Position numbers and translations under genes: made by a program. Source: Octopus vulgaris (Eukaryota). From it: a stretch of DNA of 64,000 bases. A model generated the notes under the pieces. It did no database searches. It worked only from the letters and a program-made list of their open reading frames with translations, and had not been told where the DNA came from. Shown piece after piece: positions 1 to 12,624 of the stretch (position 1 is the stretch's first letter; each line of letters starts with the position of its first letter). The DNA lies in contig OX597830.1 of the NCBI GenBank assembly GCA_951406725.2, positions 56,544,001-56,608,000 of the forward strand, given 5' to 3'.

Positions 1-228
1 ACAGTGGGTCACATGTCAGATGTTGAAGTGATTGCAGAGTGACAACATGAGGTGTCTTGCACCACCCAGTCTGGAAATCAAATCCACAATGCACCATTAA
101 GTTTGGGAATTGAACCCACAATCTAACAATAGTGAGTGCAACACCCTAACCCCTAGGTCATGTGTCTTTACGATATATATATATATATATATAGTAAACA
201 CCCTAATCCCTAGGCCATGTGTCTTTAC

Positions 229-645
229 TATATATATATAAAATATAAATTGGACACGGGCAATCATAGTATTATTTCTTGTCTTGAGATTCACAGCTAA
301 ACGGCTGGGTGGATTCGCATGAAAAATGGCACACATGCGGAGACGGGTGCATAGATTGGAATGCAGTTTATATTTTTTTCCTAACCCCCATACTTACTGA
401 GAAAATCGATTAAAACTTTTCTAATGGAATTCCCTCTTTCTTCAGCTATTAAAACAATCTGTTGCTTAGAAGCTGTTTTCTGATGGGGTGGGGGTCAGAA
501 AATTTTCATACAGCTGGAGGCTCCAATCGAAACAGGGGACCCGAAATGATAAGATTGACAAACGCTGTTATAGATTATGCCTAACCAAAAACAATCACAG
601 CCACATCATCCAAACAGACTGGATGAAACCGGGCTTAGCTGCTAG
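229..645 (+). mobile_element. Probable non-autonomous Helitron
   Basis: Starts in TATATATAAAATATAAA. Ends in a degenerate hairpin CTGGATGAAACCGGG, an 8-nt spacer and CTAG|T. The 5' boundary is uncertain. Confidence 0.6.
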
Positions 646-3600
646 TATATATATATATATATAAATGGAGTTAAATGCAGGTGTTATTCAAATTTGATAG
701 GTAGAACAGCTAAAGAAAGCGCATTGTGTGTGTGTGTGGGTGTGTCCATCCTTATCTTGACGACCTCGCTCTAATCGCTGAGTCACTATCAGAACTGGAG
801 GAGAAGTTCCAGGTGTGGAAGGAGGGTTTAGAATCGAGAGGAAATACTAGCTTGCTTGGAAACAAGTAAGAGCTGATGACAAGAAGAGAATCTAGCCAAA
901 GAAATTTTGTCTCATCAAATCTCATCTGAATCAGGCAAGCATGGAAAAATAGATGTTAGAATGACAATGATATTAATGTCAATATCATTATATAATATAT
1001 AATAATATCTACCGTAGTTACAAAGGTTATAAACCAATATCAACTTCAGTATTATCTCACAAAAAAAGCAAAAATAACATAGGGACAGACATGGCTGCAT
1101 AGCTGCAGAAGGGGCTATGAGGTTTTAGGTTCAGTCTGAATGTGTTGTATATTGAGTAAGTGTCCTTGGCCAACCAAAGCCTTGTGAGTGGATTTGGTAC
1201 ACAGAAACTGAAAGAAGACCATTAAGTTTTATATAAATGATTGTATGAATGTATGTAACACCTGAATGAGGTTATTGCAGAAGAATTTTGCCCAGGGTGC
1301 CACACAGTGAGATTGAACCCAGAGCCATGTGGTTGGGAAGCAAGCTTCTTACCACACAGCCATGCCTGCACCTGGGTGTAATTGATTTATTCAAACCCTG
1401 TATTTATTTTAATTGAGTCCTGAAGGATGAAAACACAAACTGACCTCATCAGTGATAATGGTTTAGTGATTATGGTGATGGTGGTGGAGTAACAGTAAGG
1501 ATAGTATAGGGGTAAGGATGGTATGGAGGGAACGAGTAATTATGATATTGCAGTGATGGTACCGGCGGCAGTGGTGCAGGGGCAGTAACGATGGTATGGT
1601 AGTGGTGATGCTAATGATGTAACTGTTGTGAAGCAAGTGTTAAGGATGGTATGGTGATGATGACAGTGGTGGTATTCAGTCCAAATGTGTTGTATATTGA
1701 GTAAGTGTCCTCGGCCGACCAAAGCCATGTGAATGGATTTGGTACACAAAAACTGAAAGAAGTCCATTGATTTATATATAAATGATTGTATGGATGTATA
1801 TAAGACCTGTGACTTCATTTGCATCCAATAATGTAGACTAGTTCTTCTTTCTGGGAAAATGCATGTGCTGTTTAGAGAGTGGGGTTAGTCCTGTGCAAGG
1901 TCTTTCTTCATTTTAAACAGCTTCAAGCATGTCTCTATGGCATGTTGCCTACTATGGCTAGCTGTCATCAAAAATGATAAAACACTCAATGGAAAATCTC
2001 CTGATAGAATAAAGGTATGTGTCAGTATGGATGGTAAGTTCAATGAACATCTGCTGCAAGAGGCACCCATCACTACCACACCTGTGCAAAAGAGTATAAG
2101 TCTAAACAATCAAGCGATAGCATTGCTTGAAATCAAGTTACAGCCATTATACCTGTGTATCAATGTGTGTGTGTGTGTGTGTTTATATGAAGGTGCATGG
2201 TTCAGTGGTTAGAGCATCCGGTTCATAATCATTAGGTAGTGAGTTCGATTCCTGGACTGGGCTGTATGTTGTGTTCTTGAGCAAGACACTTTATTTCACG
2301 TTGCTCCAGTTCACTCAGCTGTAGAAATGAGTTGCAACGTCACAGGTGCCAAGCTGTATCGGCCCCTTTGCCTTTCCCTTGGATAACATCAGTGGCATGG
2401 AGAGGGGAAACTGGTATGTGTGGGCAACTGCTGGTCTTCCTTGTCTAAACTTGTGCTTAGGAAGGAAGTTTTCTACTTGCAATCCCATAGTAGTCATTCA
2501 TGACTGAAGGAGGTCTTCTTTATTTCTTTTTTTGTTTACATATGAACTTCTCTTAAAATTGTTCAGTTATGGACACTGATATTGCTGTCATTTGCTCCCT
2601 GACAACAAATCATCTGCTAGCCTTATGTCTTTCAATAGATGTAAATTAAGAGATCCCTTACATGAAAAACAGGTATGGGTTAGAGAGAGACACAAGGAAG
2701 GGCATTTAGCTGCAAAGCAATGCTTCGATAACATATTCCTCCAATCCATGCTAGCATGGAAAAAGAGACATAAAACAAATAAAGGATACATTCTATGAAG
2801 AGAGAACCACCCACAGGGCAGTTTTCATCCTAGATTATATAATGTGTAACCATAAATTTTGGGCGAGTTCCTTTCTTTTATTATTTTACTTGTTTCAGCC
2901 ATTTGATTGTGGCCGTGCTTGAGCACCACCTTAGAAGACTTTTTAGTCAAAGAAATCGACCCCAGGACTTATTCATTGTAAGTCGAGTACTTATTCTATC
3001 AGTCTCTTTTGTTGAACCACTAAGTTACAGGGATGTAGACAAACAATGATGAGATGTGGCACGCACACACACAACAGGCTTCTTTTAGTTTCCGTCTATC
3101 AAATCCACTCACAAGGCCTTGGTTGGCCCGTGGCTATAGCAGGAGACACTTGCCCAAGGTGCCACACAGTGAGATTGAACCTGGAGCCATGTGGTTGGGA
3201 AGCATGCGTCTTACCACACAGCCATGCCTGCACCTGGGTATAATTGATTTATTCAAACCCTGTATTTATTTTAATTGAATCCTGAAGGATGAAAACCCAA
3301 ACTGACCTCAGCAGTGATAATGGTTTAGTGATTATGGTGATGGAGTAACAGTAAAGATAGTATAGGGGTAAGGATGGTTTGGGGTGGGGAGTGAGTAATT
3401 ATGATATTGCAGTGATGATATTGTATTTGTGATATCAGTGCCGGTGACACGTAAAAAGCACCAACTGATCGTGGCTGTTGCCAGCCTCGCCTGGCACGTA
3501 TAAAGCACCCACTACAATTATGGACTGGTTGGCGTTAGGAAGGGCATCCAGCTGTAGAAACACTGCCAGATCAGACTGGGCCTGGTGCAGCCTCCTGGCT

Positions 3601-3667
3601 TCCCAGACCCCAGTCAAACCGTCCAACCCGTGCTAGCACGGAAAACGGACGTTAAACGATGATGATG

Positions 3668-5425
3668 ATGGTACCGGTGGCAGTGGTGTAGGGGCAGTAA
3701 TGATGGTATGGTAGTGGCGATGCTAATGATGTAACTGTTGTGATGGAGGTGGTAAGGGTGGTAAGGATGGTATGGTGATGATGACAGTGGTGGTGTTGGA
3801 AGTGTAGGGGTATTGCTGTTGTTGTTTAACCTCCAAATCAGCCCTATTTTAGTACACCTATGATCAAAGGTGTTCCAGCACTGACCATCCTGTCTCGTTT
3901 CCAAGATTGTATCGCCCAGTGTGTCCTTTCTTTTTCAAGGTGGTCAGTTATAATTTGAACTGTGATTTCTAGCAGAGGCAGTGACCACAAGAGATACATC
4001 AGTGATGGAGTGGTGGAGAGGCTTAAAGTGTTGGCATTGATCTTAGGTGCAGTAGCTGTTCTGTCGGCAGTGATGGTGGTAGTAGTGGTGGCGGTGGTGG
4101 TGATGGTAGTGGCAATGCAGGTGTAGTGGTGTTTGTGGGAGTGGTGCTGGCAGTGTACCGGTGATGGTGGCAGGAGGGGGAGTGTTGGGGTTAGAGGCGA
4201 CGGTGGCAATAATAGTGGTACTGGTGATAGTAGTAGAAGCTGTAGTGTAGTGATGGTGGTGGCAGTGTTGGTGATAGAGGTGAGGCAGTAGTAGTAGCAG
4301 TGGAGAGGGAGGGCGATGATGTTAGTGATTTAACAGTGTTCGTGGCATTAGCAATATAGTAGTAGTAGTAGTGGTAGTAGTAATGCTGTAGTGGTGATGG
4401 CGATGGTGGTGATTACAGTTATAATAATAACAGCAAAAGTAGTCACACTGCAGCAGAACATGAAACTACCACTGAACAACAACAACAACAACAAGCAGCA
4501 GCAGCAGCAAGGATGTGCTGAGATCCATGAAATGAACAATCAATCAGTTAGAAGCATCGAGAGAGAGAGAGAGAGAGAGAAAGAGAGGGGGGAAGAAAGA
4601 GGTGTAGTAGTAGAGCAACAGCTGCTATTGATCCATGCAGTGAGTGTAATGTACTGGCTTCTTTAACACTTCTTCATCACTGCTGTCACTGCCACCACCA
4701 CCACCACTACCACCATTACCACTATCACCCCCATACCACAACCATCACTACTATCACCACCACCACCATCACCATCACCACTACCATTACCAGCCCACCA
4801 CCAGCATCACTACTGTCACATTACCACTGTTGCAACGACCACTATCACCTGTACTACCATCACCATTGCTTCTACCACTACCATTGCCATCTCATCCCCA
4901 CCACCATCATTACCATTGCCACACCCTCCACTATCATCACCACCACCACCACCACCACATCTTCATCAACAGCATGCCACCTCAGCCAAGACCACTGCTG
5001 TCACCATAACTACCACCACCACCACAACAGTTACTAGGTTACTACCACCACCGTGACCATACTACCACAATCACTCCAACAGATACAGCTCCACCAAACA
5101 CCACTGCTACCACAGCCACAACAACCTGAATCGAAATTATCACCACCACCTACCTCTACCACTGTCATCTCACCCACCCCAATCACCATCATTGCTCCCC
5201 AGCCACTGCCATCTCCACTGCTACAACCAAAACTACCATCAATGCCAACACCACCACTACTGTCCTCACCACCGTTAAAACAGCCATAAGCAAAACCATC
5301 ATCACCATCGCCAGAAGCAAAACCATCACCACCACTATCATCAACACTAACATTATCACCAAAACCTTCACTGCCACCGCCACAACCACCATCACTGTTG
5401 TCACCAAAATCACCACCACCCTCAT
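3668..5425. repeat. Degenerate trinucleotide low-complexity region: (GGT/GTA)-rich then (ACC/ACT)-rich
   Basis: G/T-rich triplets at about 3668-4430 and C/A-rich triplets at about 4675-5425. Confidence 0.85.
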
Positions 5426-6827
5426 TCTCTACCCCACAATCTGTTGACAACATCAAATTGGTAAGTCTTAAAACACCTTTGGGGTTTTTTTCTTTTTTGT
5501 GTGTTATCAATTTTTTATCAATGGAATTCAATAAGTATTAATTATTCTATCTAATTAGCGCTTGACAAATTTGAGTTGTCAAAATTAATGACTATTTCCA
5601 TTAAATTTTTTGCTGGGCTTTTTTCCTTCCTTTTTTTTTTTTTTACTACTTAGACGATTTTATTTTTTGTTACAAAATTATAAAATTTAGGTTCCCCTCT
5701 GATTCTGAACTCAGCTTTGAATTGATAGAGTCAATACCTTTCATCATCTGACACCGGATCACCTCCTCCAATGACCCCCTCTGGTATAGCAAGATACCTG
5801 TTTCTGCCTCTCTGTCACACTCTAACCTTTCATCTTCTGACATAAATTCCCCTCCTCAAATACCCCTGCCCCTCTGATAATTCCTTGTCTTGTGAGTTAA
5901 CTGGTGACATTGACAGTGCTGGTGCCATGTAAAAAGCATCCAGTCCACACTGTAAAGTGGTTGGCATTTGGAAGGGCATCCAGCTGTAAAAATCACGCCA
6001 AAACCGACCTTGCCTGTGCTTGTGCCATGTGAAAAGCACTGAGTCCACCCTGCAGAGTGGTTGGTGTTAGGAAGGGCAACCATCTGCAAAAACCCTGCCA
6101 AAGCAGACACAATAGTCTAGGGTAGTTTTCTACCTGCCATCCAGGTTAGTTTTCTACCTGGCTGGCTCCTGTCAGCTGTCCTACCCATGCATGGAAGATG
6201 GACATTAAATGATGATGATGATGAATATTGACTTTATTGTGGATGTCGGAGAAAAAGAGAGAAATGATGAGACTGTGATACAGAAGGGAGAAAAGAGAGA
6301 GAGAGAGAGAAATGATGAGGCAGCATAATAGACAGATGGAAAGAAAAAGGGACAGAAGAAGAGAAAGTGTGTGTATGTGTGTTGCTGTTCTAAGGTGTGA
6401 GACAAAGAAACGTCCTTGTGTCTGGACTATAATAATCATGTCTTTCATTTCATTGTTGTAGAAGGCTACAGGCAAGTGGTAACAGTGGTGGCGATGATGA
6501 TGTTGTTGTTGTTGGTGGTGGTGGTGGTAATAGTGGCTCTGAGGGATTAAGGCAGCAAAAATTGAAAGTATAATAACATCAAAAGATATCAAGAAAGAAA
6601 GAAAAAATAGGTGGGATGAAGCCCTTGTGGGGCCCTTAAGTTTTAGTCTGCTTTCATGTTCTCTTTGTACATTATCCCCACGAAAGAGATTCTGGTTGAA
6701 AAGAAACGATAACACAAAAACAAGCAAAAAAAACAAAAACTGTAAGCAAACATTTGAGTTATGAGTTCAACCCTAGTTTAATCATTACAGAAATTGAATG
6801 GAATTTTGAATTATATATATATATATA

Positions 6828-7063
6828 TACCGGAGTAAACACATAAATGTGAAACAAGTTGACAAAAAGAGTACTCAAATACCAGTGGTAGAGTAATATG
6901 CTTTATTTAAAGCAGCAGAAAATTCAACAAAATCTGTTACTCTGAGTTTCTCATTGCCGTTCATCAGACAGTTTTTGCTAGCAAAAACTGTCTGATGAAC
7001 GGCAACGAGAAACTCAGAGTAACAGATTTTGTTGAATTTTCTGCTGCTTTAAATAAAGTATAT
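6828..7063. repeat. Fold-back repeat (Penelope-like pLTR-related) with a loopless 168-bp palindrome at 6896-7063
   Basis: The arms are reverse complements centred on GCT|AGC (6979/6980) with 2 mismatches, and the repeat is flanked by (TA)n. A related single arm lies at 28610-28705. Confidence 0.85.
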
Positions 7064-8479
7064 ATATATATATATATATTCTTTTACTTGTTTCGGTCAT
7101 TTGACTGTGGCCATCCTGGAGCACTGCCTTTAGTCAAACAAATCGCCCCCAGAACTTATTCTTTGTAAGCCTAGTACTTATTTTATCGGTCTCTATTTTG
7201 AACTGCTAAGTTACGGTAATGTAAACACACACCAACATCAGATGTCAAGCAATGTTGGGGGGACAAACATACACACACACATTTTATATATATGTATGTA
7301 TATATATATATATATATACGGTGGCACGTAAAAAACACCAATCCGATCGTGGCTGTAGGCAGCCTCGCCTGGCACCTGTGCAGGTGGCACGTAAAAAGCA
7401 CCCATTACACTCACGGAGTGGTTGGTGTTAGGAAGGGCACCCAGCCGTAGAAACACTGCCAGATAAGACTGGAGCCTGGTGCAGCCTTTTGGCTTCCCAG
7501 ATCCCCAGTCGAACCATCCAACCCATGCTAGCATGGAGAACGGACTTTAAATGATGATGATGATAGGCTTCTTTCTGTTTCCATCTACCAAATCCATTCA
7601 CAAGGCTTTGGTTGGCCCAAGGCTTTAGTAGACACTTGCCCAAGGTGCCACACAGTGGGAATGAACCCGGAACCATGTGGTTGGGAATACTTGTTTCAGT
7701 CATTAGACAGTGGCCATGCTGGGGCACCACCTTGAAGAATTTTAGTTGAATGAATCGACCCCAGTACTTATTTTTTTGAAGCCTGGTACTTACATTATTG
7801 GCCACTTTTGCCGAACTGCTAAATTACAGGGATGTAAACACACCAACACTGGTTGTCAAGTGATGATGGTGGACAAACACATACAAAAAAAAAAAAAAAA
7901 CTCACACACACACACATGATGGGCTTCTTTCAGTTTCTACCTACCAAATCCACTCACAAGGTTTCGGTTGGCCCAAGGCAAGAGTAGAAGACACTTGCCC
8001 AAGGTGTCACGTAGTGGAACTGAAACTAGAACCATGTGGTTGTGAAGCAAGCTTTTTACCGCACAGTCACACCTGCAGAACATCCATAAGACATTTAATC
8101 TAGGATTAAAACTGCAGTAACATGCATCTGAATAGTATACATACATTATGTATAATACATGAATCACATTATGAAATTCATGGTTTCAACCCATAAATTT
8201 TTGGTTTTGCCCCATTAGATATGTAGTTTCTCCCTATAAAATTTGTGGCCTTTCCTTATCGAAATCCGTGGCTTCAGATGCTAAAATCTGTAGCTTCACT
8301 CCAGAAAATATGTGACTGCTCTCCATAAAATTTGTAGCTTTACCTAATAAAATTTGTGGTTTCTCCTGTTATAATTAGCAGCCTCTTCTCAAGACTTTTC
8401 CTGAGATCTTTTTAGTAAAGGAAGATAATGATCCCCTACTCCCAGTCATAATATATATATATATATATATATACCCTTT

Positions 8480-8756
8480 TTATAATGTTGGCAAACGAAA
8501 TAGAGATAAGAATGTGCATTGTCCGTTTGACTGGAAAATTTCTATAAGTGGCTGAAGATTGCTCGACATTTTAAAACTGATGTAATACTTGCAGTGTTTA
8601 ATAAAATGAAGTACCATGAAACGATCGTACCACATTACCTCGGATATACTTGTTGCTTAGTTTGATTATAATCACTCCATGGATTTATATGGATAATACC
8701 ATACACAATTGTGGTGCCTTTGACTTAAGTACCATATTCATCTGAATCTAAATTTT
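8480..8756 (+). repeat. Unclassified dispersed repeat of about 280 bp
   Basis: Second copy at about 47225-47505 in the same orientation (GTGGCTGAAGA.TGCTC.ACATTTTAAAACTGATGTAATACTT..GTACCATATTCATCTGAATCTAAATTTT). Confidence 0.75.
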
Positions 8757-8954
8757 ATATATATACTGATAATTGAAAATATATAATGACTAAAAAAGCA
8801 GTTTTCATAACTGAGCAGATAGAAATATTTTTAACTGAGATAAACAAGCAAGCTGAAAGGATGAGAAAAGGGAATTATAAGAACATTTGTACAAACATGG
8901 AAAGGAGTTGTTAAAAGTGCTGCAAAAATCTTGAAGTTTAGAGTTGGTACTTAC

Positions 8955-9026
8955 ATGAGAGCTTTCATGTTGAAGTAGAGGTGTTGGTTCAAATATATAG
9001 ACCTTATTTTGGTAAGAGGCTGCAAT
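8955..9026 (-). CDS. DMXL2: DmX-like protein / Rabconnectin-3 alpha, coding exon 3 (gene continues beyond base 1)
   Basis: Acceptor TTTTTGTTTCCAG, then 72 nt encoding IAASYQNKVYIFEPTPLLQHESSH, then donor GTAAGT. Matches the DMXL motif IAASYGNxxxIFEP. Phase 0/0. Confidence 0.95.
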
Positions 9027-9109
9027 CTGGAAACAAAAATATAACAGATAAATAAATGATTATCACATAACATTATATACATAAAAAAAATACACGCATT
9101 TGTGTGGAC

Positions 9110-9438
9110 ACCTGTGCCGGTAACACGTAAAAAGGCACGGCCTGAACGTGGCAGACACCAGCGCCGCCTGACTGGCGTCCGTGTCGGTGACACGTAAAAG
9201 CACCAACCGATCGCGGCCGTTTGCCAGCCTGCTCTGGCCCCTGTGCCGGTGGCACGTAAAAAAACACCCACTACACTCACGGAGTGGTTGGCGTTAGGAA
9301 GGCCATCAAGTTGTAGAAACTCTGCCAAATCAGACCAGAGCCTGGTGCAGCCTCCATGGCTTGCCAGACCCCGGCCGAACCGTCCAACCCATGCCAGCAT
9401 GGAAAACGGACGTTAAATGATGATGATGATGATGATGA
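9110..9438 (+). mobile_element. Family B retroposon (RTE 3' UTR), representative young copy
   Basis: Body GGAGTGGTTGGCGTTAGGAAGG..CCGTCCAACCCATGCCAGCATGGAAAACGGACGTTAAA(TGA)n. More than 20 further copies, e.g. 3436-3670+, 5915-6222+, 7320-7563+, 17613-17915-, 20410-21195- (x3), 22680-22980+, 27765-28140-, 31145-31390-, 34050-34305+, 37342-37640-, 39500-39900+, 40440-40658+, 41018-41250-, 44973-45202+, 48520-48716+, 50008-50280-, 60165-60285+. Confidence 0.9.
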
Positions 9439-9792
9439 TTAACCATTCCATTCTAGGTAAATCACACACTTCACATGTCTCTTTGTTGCCTCCCCCCACC
9501 TCATATGTTGCCCTGTTGCCCCCCCCCCCCATACAAATTATCAGCAACAGCAGTATTATTATTATTTCTATTGTCATGACAATATAAAATTGGAGAGAGG
9601 GACATTTTATTTCAGGACTAAAAAGGAAAAAAAGCCAATATAAATAAAATCAATAGTTTCGTATGCAAGACATGACATGGCATCAGGGTTTTTTTTTTTG
9701 TATTCTTTTTAGCTAGCTTTTATAAGACATTGTTCAAAGTAGTGAATCATAAATATATATATACATATCTATCAATCTATCTATCTATCTAT

Positions 9793-9848
<56 letters not shown>

Positions 9849-9939
9849 TTTCTCAGCGATATATAAAGTAACTGCTTCATTCTTTTGCTTCTGGATGATG
9901 TACATACCAACCACTTGTGATGTCACCAACTGCTGTTTA

Positions 9940-10252
9940 TACACACATATACATACATACACACTCATACATACATATACATACATACATATACATACAT
10001 ACATATACATACATACATACATACATACATATACATATATATACATACATACATATACATACATACATATACATACATATACATACATACATACATATAC
10101 ATACATACATATACATACATATACATACATACATACATATACATACATACATATACATACATATACATACATACATACATATACATACATACATATACAT
10201 ACATACATACATACATACATACATACATACATACATACATACATACATACAT
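9940..10252. repeat. Compound (ATAC)n/(ATACAT)n microsatellite
   Basis: Seen directly; it produces spurious HIHTY/MYVC ORFs. Confidence 0.97.
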
Positions 10253-11383
10253 GTCTTCAGCATCATCACCTCAATGTCCACTTTTGTATGCTTGCATGGG
10301 TAAAACAGAGTTTATTGAAGCAAATTTTCTAAGGCTCGGTGCCCTTCATGTTACCAACTCTAACCTGTTTCCAAGCGAGGTAATATTCCCCCATGGTCAG
10401 ACAGGTTTTCACGGAATATTGGGAATGAATGACACTGCTTGTAGGACAGTGGCACTCATTTACTACAATCACACAATGTCAAAATAAGGAGACACAAAAC
10501 ACACAAATACATGATGGGCTTCATTCAGTCTCCATCTACCAAATCCACATATAAGGATTTGGTTAACTTGGGGAATATATTAGAAGACCCCCAAGATGTC
10601 TCGTAGTGGTATGGAACCCAAAACCATGTGGTTAGGAAACTTCTTAAACACACAGCCATGTGTGGCTGAAACTTCGAAGTCACTGTCACCTCCTGCAAAA
10701 GCTTAAACGTATATTCTACTAAAAAGTATTGAGTGATTTTTCAGTCTAGTACTAAACTGTCTTTATATGCTTAGTGGCATTTCTTCCTAATATTTACATT
10801 CTGGGTTCAAATGCTGCCAGGGTCGACGAAATCAATTTACTCCTTCCCCTGAAATTGCTTACCTTCAGCCAAAAACTGGAACCATTATCCTTTTCTACTC
10901 TAGGCACAAAGCCTGAAATTTTTGGAAGGTGGGGAAGGAGGGGGGGCAGTCAATCAGATCAACCTCAGTACACAACTGGTACTTAATTTATTGACCCTGA
11001 AAGCTGAAACCATTATTAGTATTACTATTAATACTATTGATATTATTATTATTATTATTATTATTAAAATGTATCCTGACAAAAACACTTTCACATGCAC
11101 ACACATATATAAAACAAAACAGGAAGTTGGAAAAAATTTTGGAGTATTATACATTCACCATTAGACACGTTTCATTTGCTTGGTGAATAAATAATACTAA
11201 AAAAAATTTTCAGCTTCCTGTTTTAGCATATAATAACTCTGCAAATACTATTTCCAGAATTTCCAACTCTAATATATGTACCTCACATCAATACAACTGC
11301 ATACTGGATTGTAATTCGGAAATAAGCAGAGGTGCTTCAAGAGTACACAAATTGGATTTTACTGTACCTACATAATGATAATA

Positions 11384-11593
11384 CAGTAATCTCTTGCCAT
11401 GTTGCGGTTCACCTATCACGGTTTATTATTTAAGCTTATGCCAATTCCTCCGTGGTGTTGTATTGCATTTATAAAAAGATAAATAAATACAAATTATAAA
11501 AAAAAAAAATACAGTACTATTTCTGCTTCACGGATTTTCACTTATCGCAGGGGATTTTGAAACCTAACACCCGGTATTGTCAAGGGATTACTG
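11384..11593. mobile_element. Pogo/Tigger-like MITE
   Basis: TA|CAGTAATCTCTTG ... CAAGGGATTACTG|TA terminal inverted repeats, 210 bp long, no ORF. Confidence 0.75.
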
Positions 11594-12624
11594 TAATAAT
11601 ATGTGTAGTTAAACAAGCAATGGTTTTTAGGTTCAACAACAGCTGACAAAGCAAACAGTCATGAAAAGAACTAGATGTCCCATGAGGTAAATTGTGGTAA
11701 ATATTCATTATTTTCTTCATTAAGCATATTTGAAGTTCATTTTTCTCACCTCAGTAATTCATATAGATCTAAAATCATAGCACCGACTACCCGTTGAGTG
11801 GTGCACTCTCAGGAATTAAATATCTTGCCCAGATGGAGCAAAGCTGTACTGCCTGGGTTCATGAACATCTTTTAAATAAATCCTCATCATTGTTTTAATG
11901 TTTACTTAATCTGTCAACATCAGGAACCTTTTACACAACAAATTTCAAAAACACAAACTAATGACTTCACACACTTCTGCCCCATCAGAAATACCCATAA
12001 TTACATTAAAATTCTTTTCATTTGCTTTTTTATCCCGATAAAAAAAAAAAATTCTTGCTTGCAGACAATGGATACTATAGCACTGGTGAAGGCTAAAGCT
12101 TGTAACAGTAGTGGCTTGGTGGATAGAGGGATAAAAGTCTGTAATAATGACCTGAAAATACTACACTTATTTTTACCGTAGATATTAAGAAGTCATTCTG
12201 TGGTTCAACTCCAGTTATGGAATAATGGCTTGTCAATCACTTTCTTAACTTTAAGAGTAACAGGACCAAAGATTTTCTGACTAACAATGCCTAAATCTGT
12301 TTTTGGAGAATTGGTCAACTCACACAGCTAGGGTGATCAGTGAAATTATCCCTATTATCCTTAGATGTGATGTGAGGCAGGCAGGGGGTCATGGATTCTA
12401 TCCAATCATCTATTTGAGTGCAGATGCAATCTCTTTAGCTTCTAGGTTATTAGGGTTATAGGTAATTAACTAGGGATTTTTCATATACACTTGTCATGCA
12501 TTAAGATAATAGACTTCTATAAATATGTTTTATCTAAACTCCAGAGATTTTTGTCTATTCAGAATAATATATATATATATATATATACCCACACACACAT
12601 ATATATACATATATCAGTTGCATA

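Noticed and set aside
1921-2060. Possible plus-strand exon (ACAG|..AAG|GTATGT) or Tc1-like C-terminus (..DRIKVCVSMDGKFNEHLL)
   Set aside because: No partner exons, TIRs or further motifs. Too weak to call either.
8175-8370. CRISPR-like repeat-spacer pattern (also the GGCACGTAAAAAGCACC modules)
   Set aside because: Eukaryotic intron, short degenerate units, non-unique spacers and no cas genes.
1-8954. DMXL exon 4
   Set aside because: No minus-strand segment with the expected W..LSWN-like content and splice sites was found, so it is presumed to lie outside the window.
8951-9400. 149-aa minus-strand ORF
   Set aside because: Mostly family B repeat; it crosses exon 3 in the wrong frame.
9730-10332. 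Long ORFs of HIHTY/MYVC type (also 28646-29068, 39995-40561, 52550-52933, 53404-53866)
   Set aside because: They are translations of microsatellites, open in several frames, with no protein homology.
12200-12490. Possible Penelope ORF remnant on the minus strand (PLV.TYNPNN-like)
   Set aside because: Heavily interrupted. It needs a profile search and is not supportable by eye.
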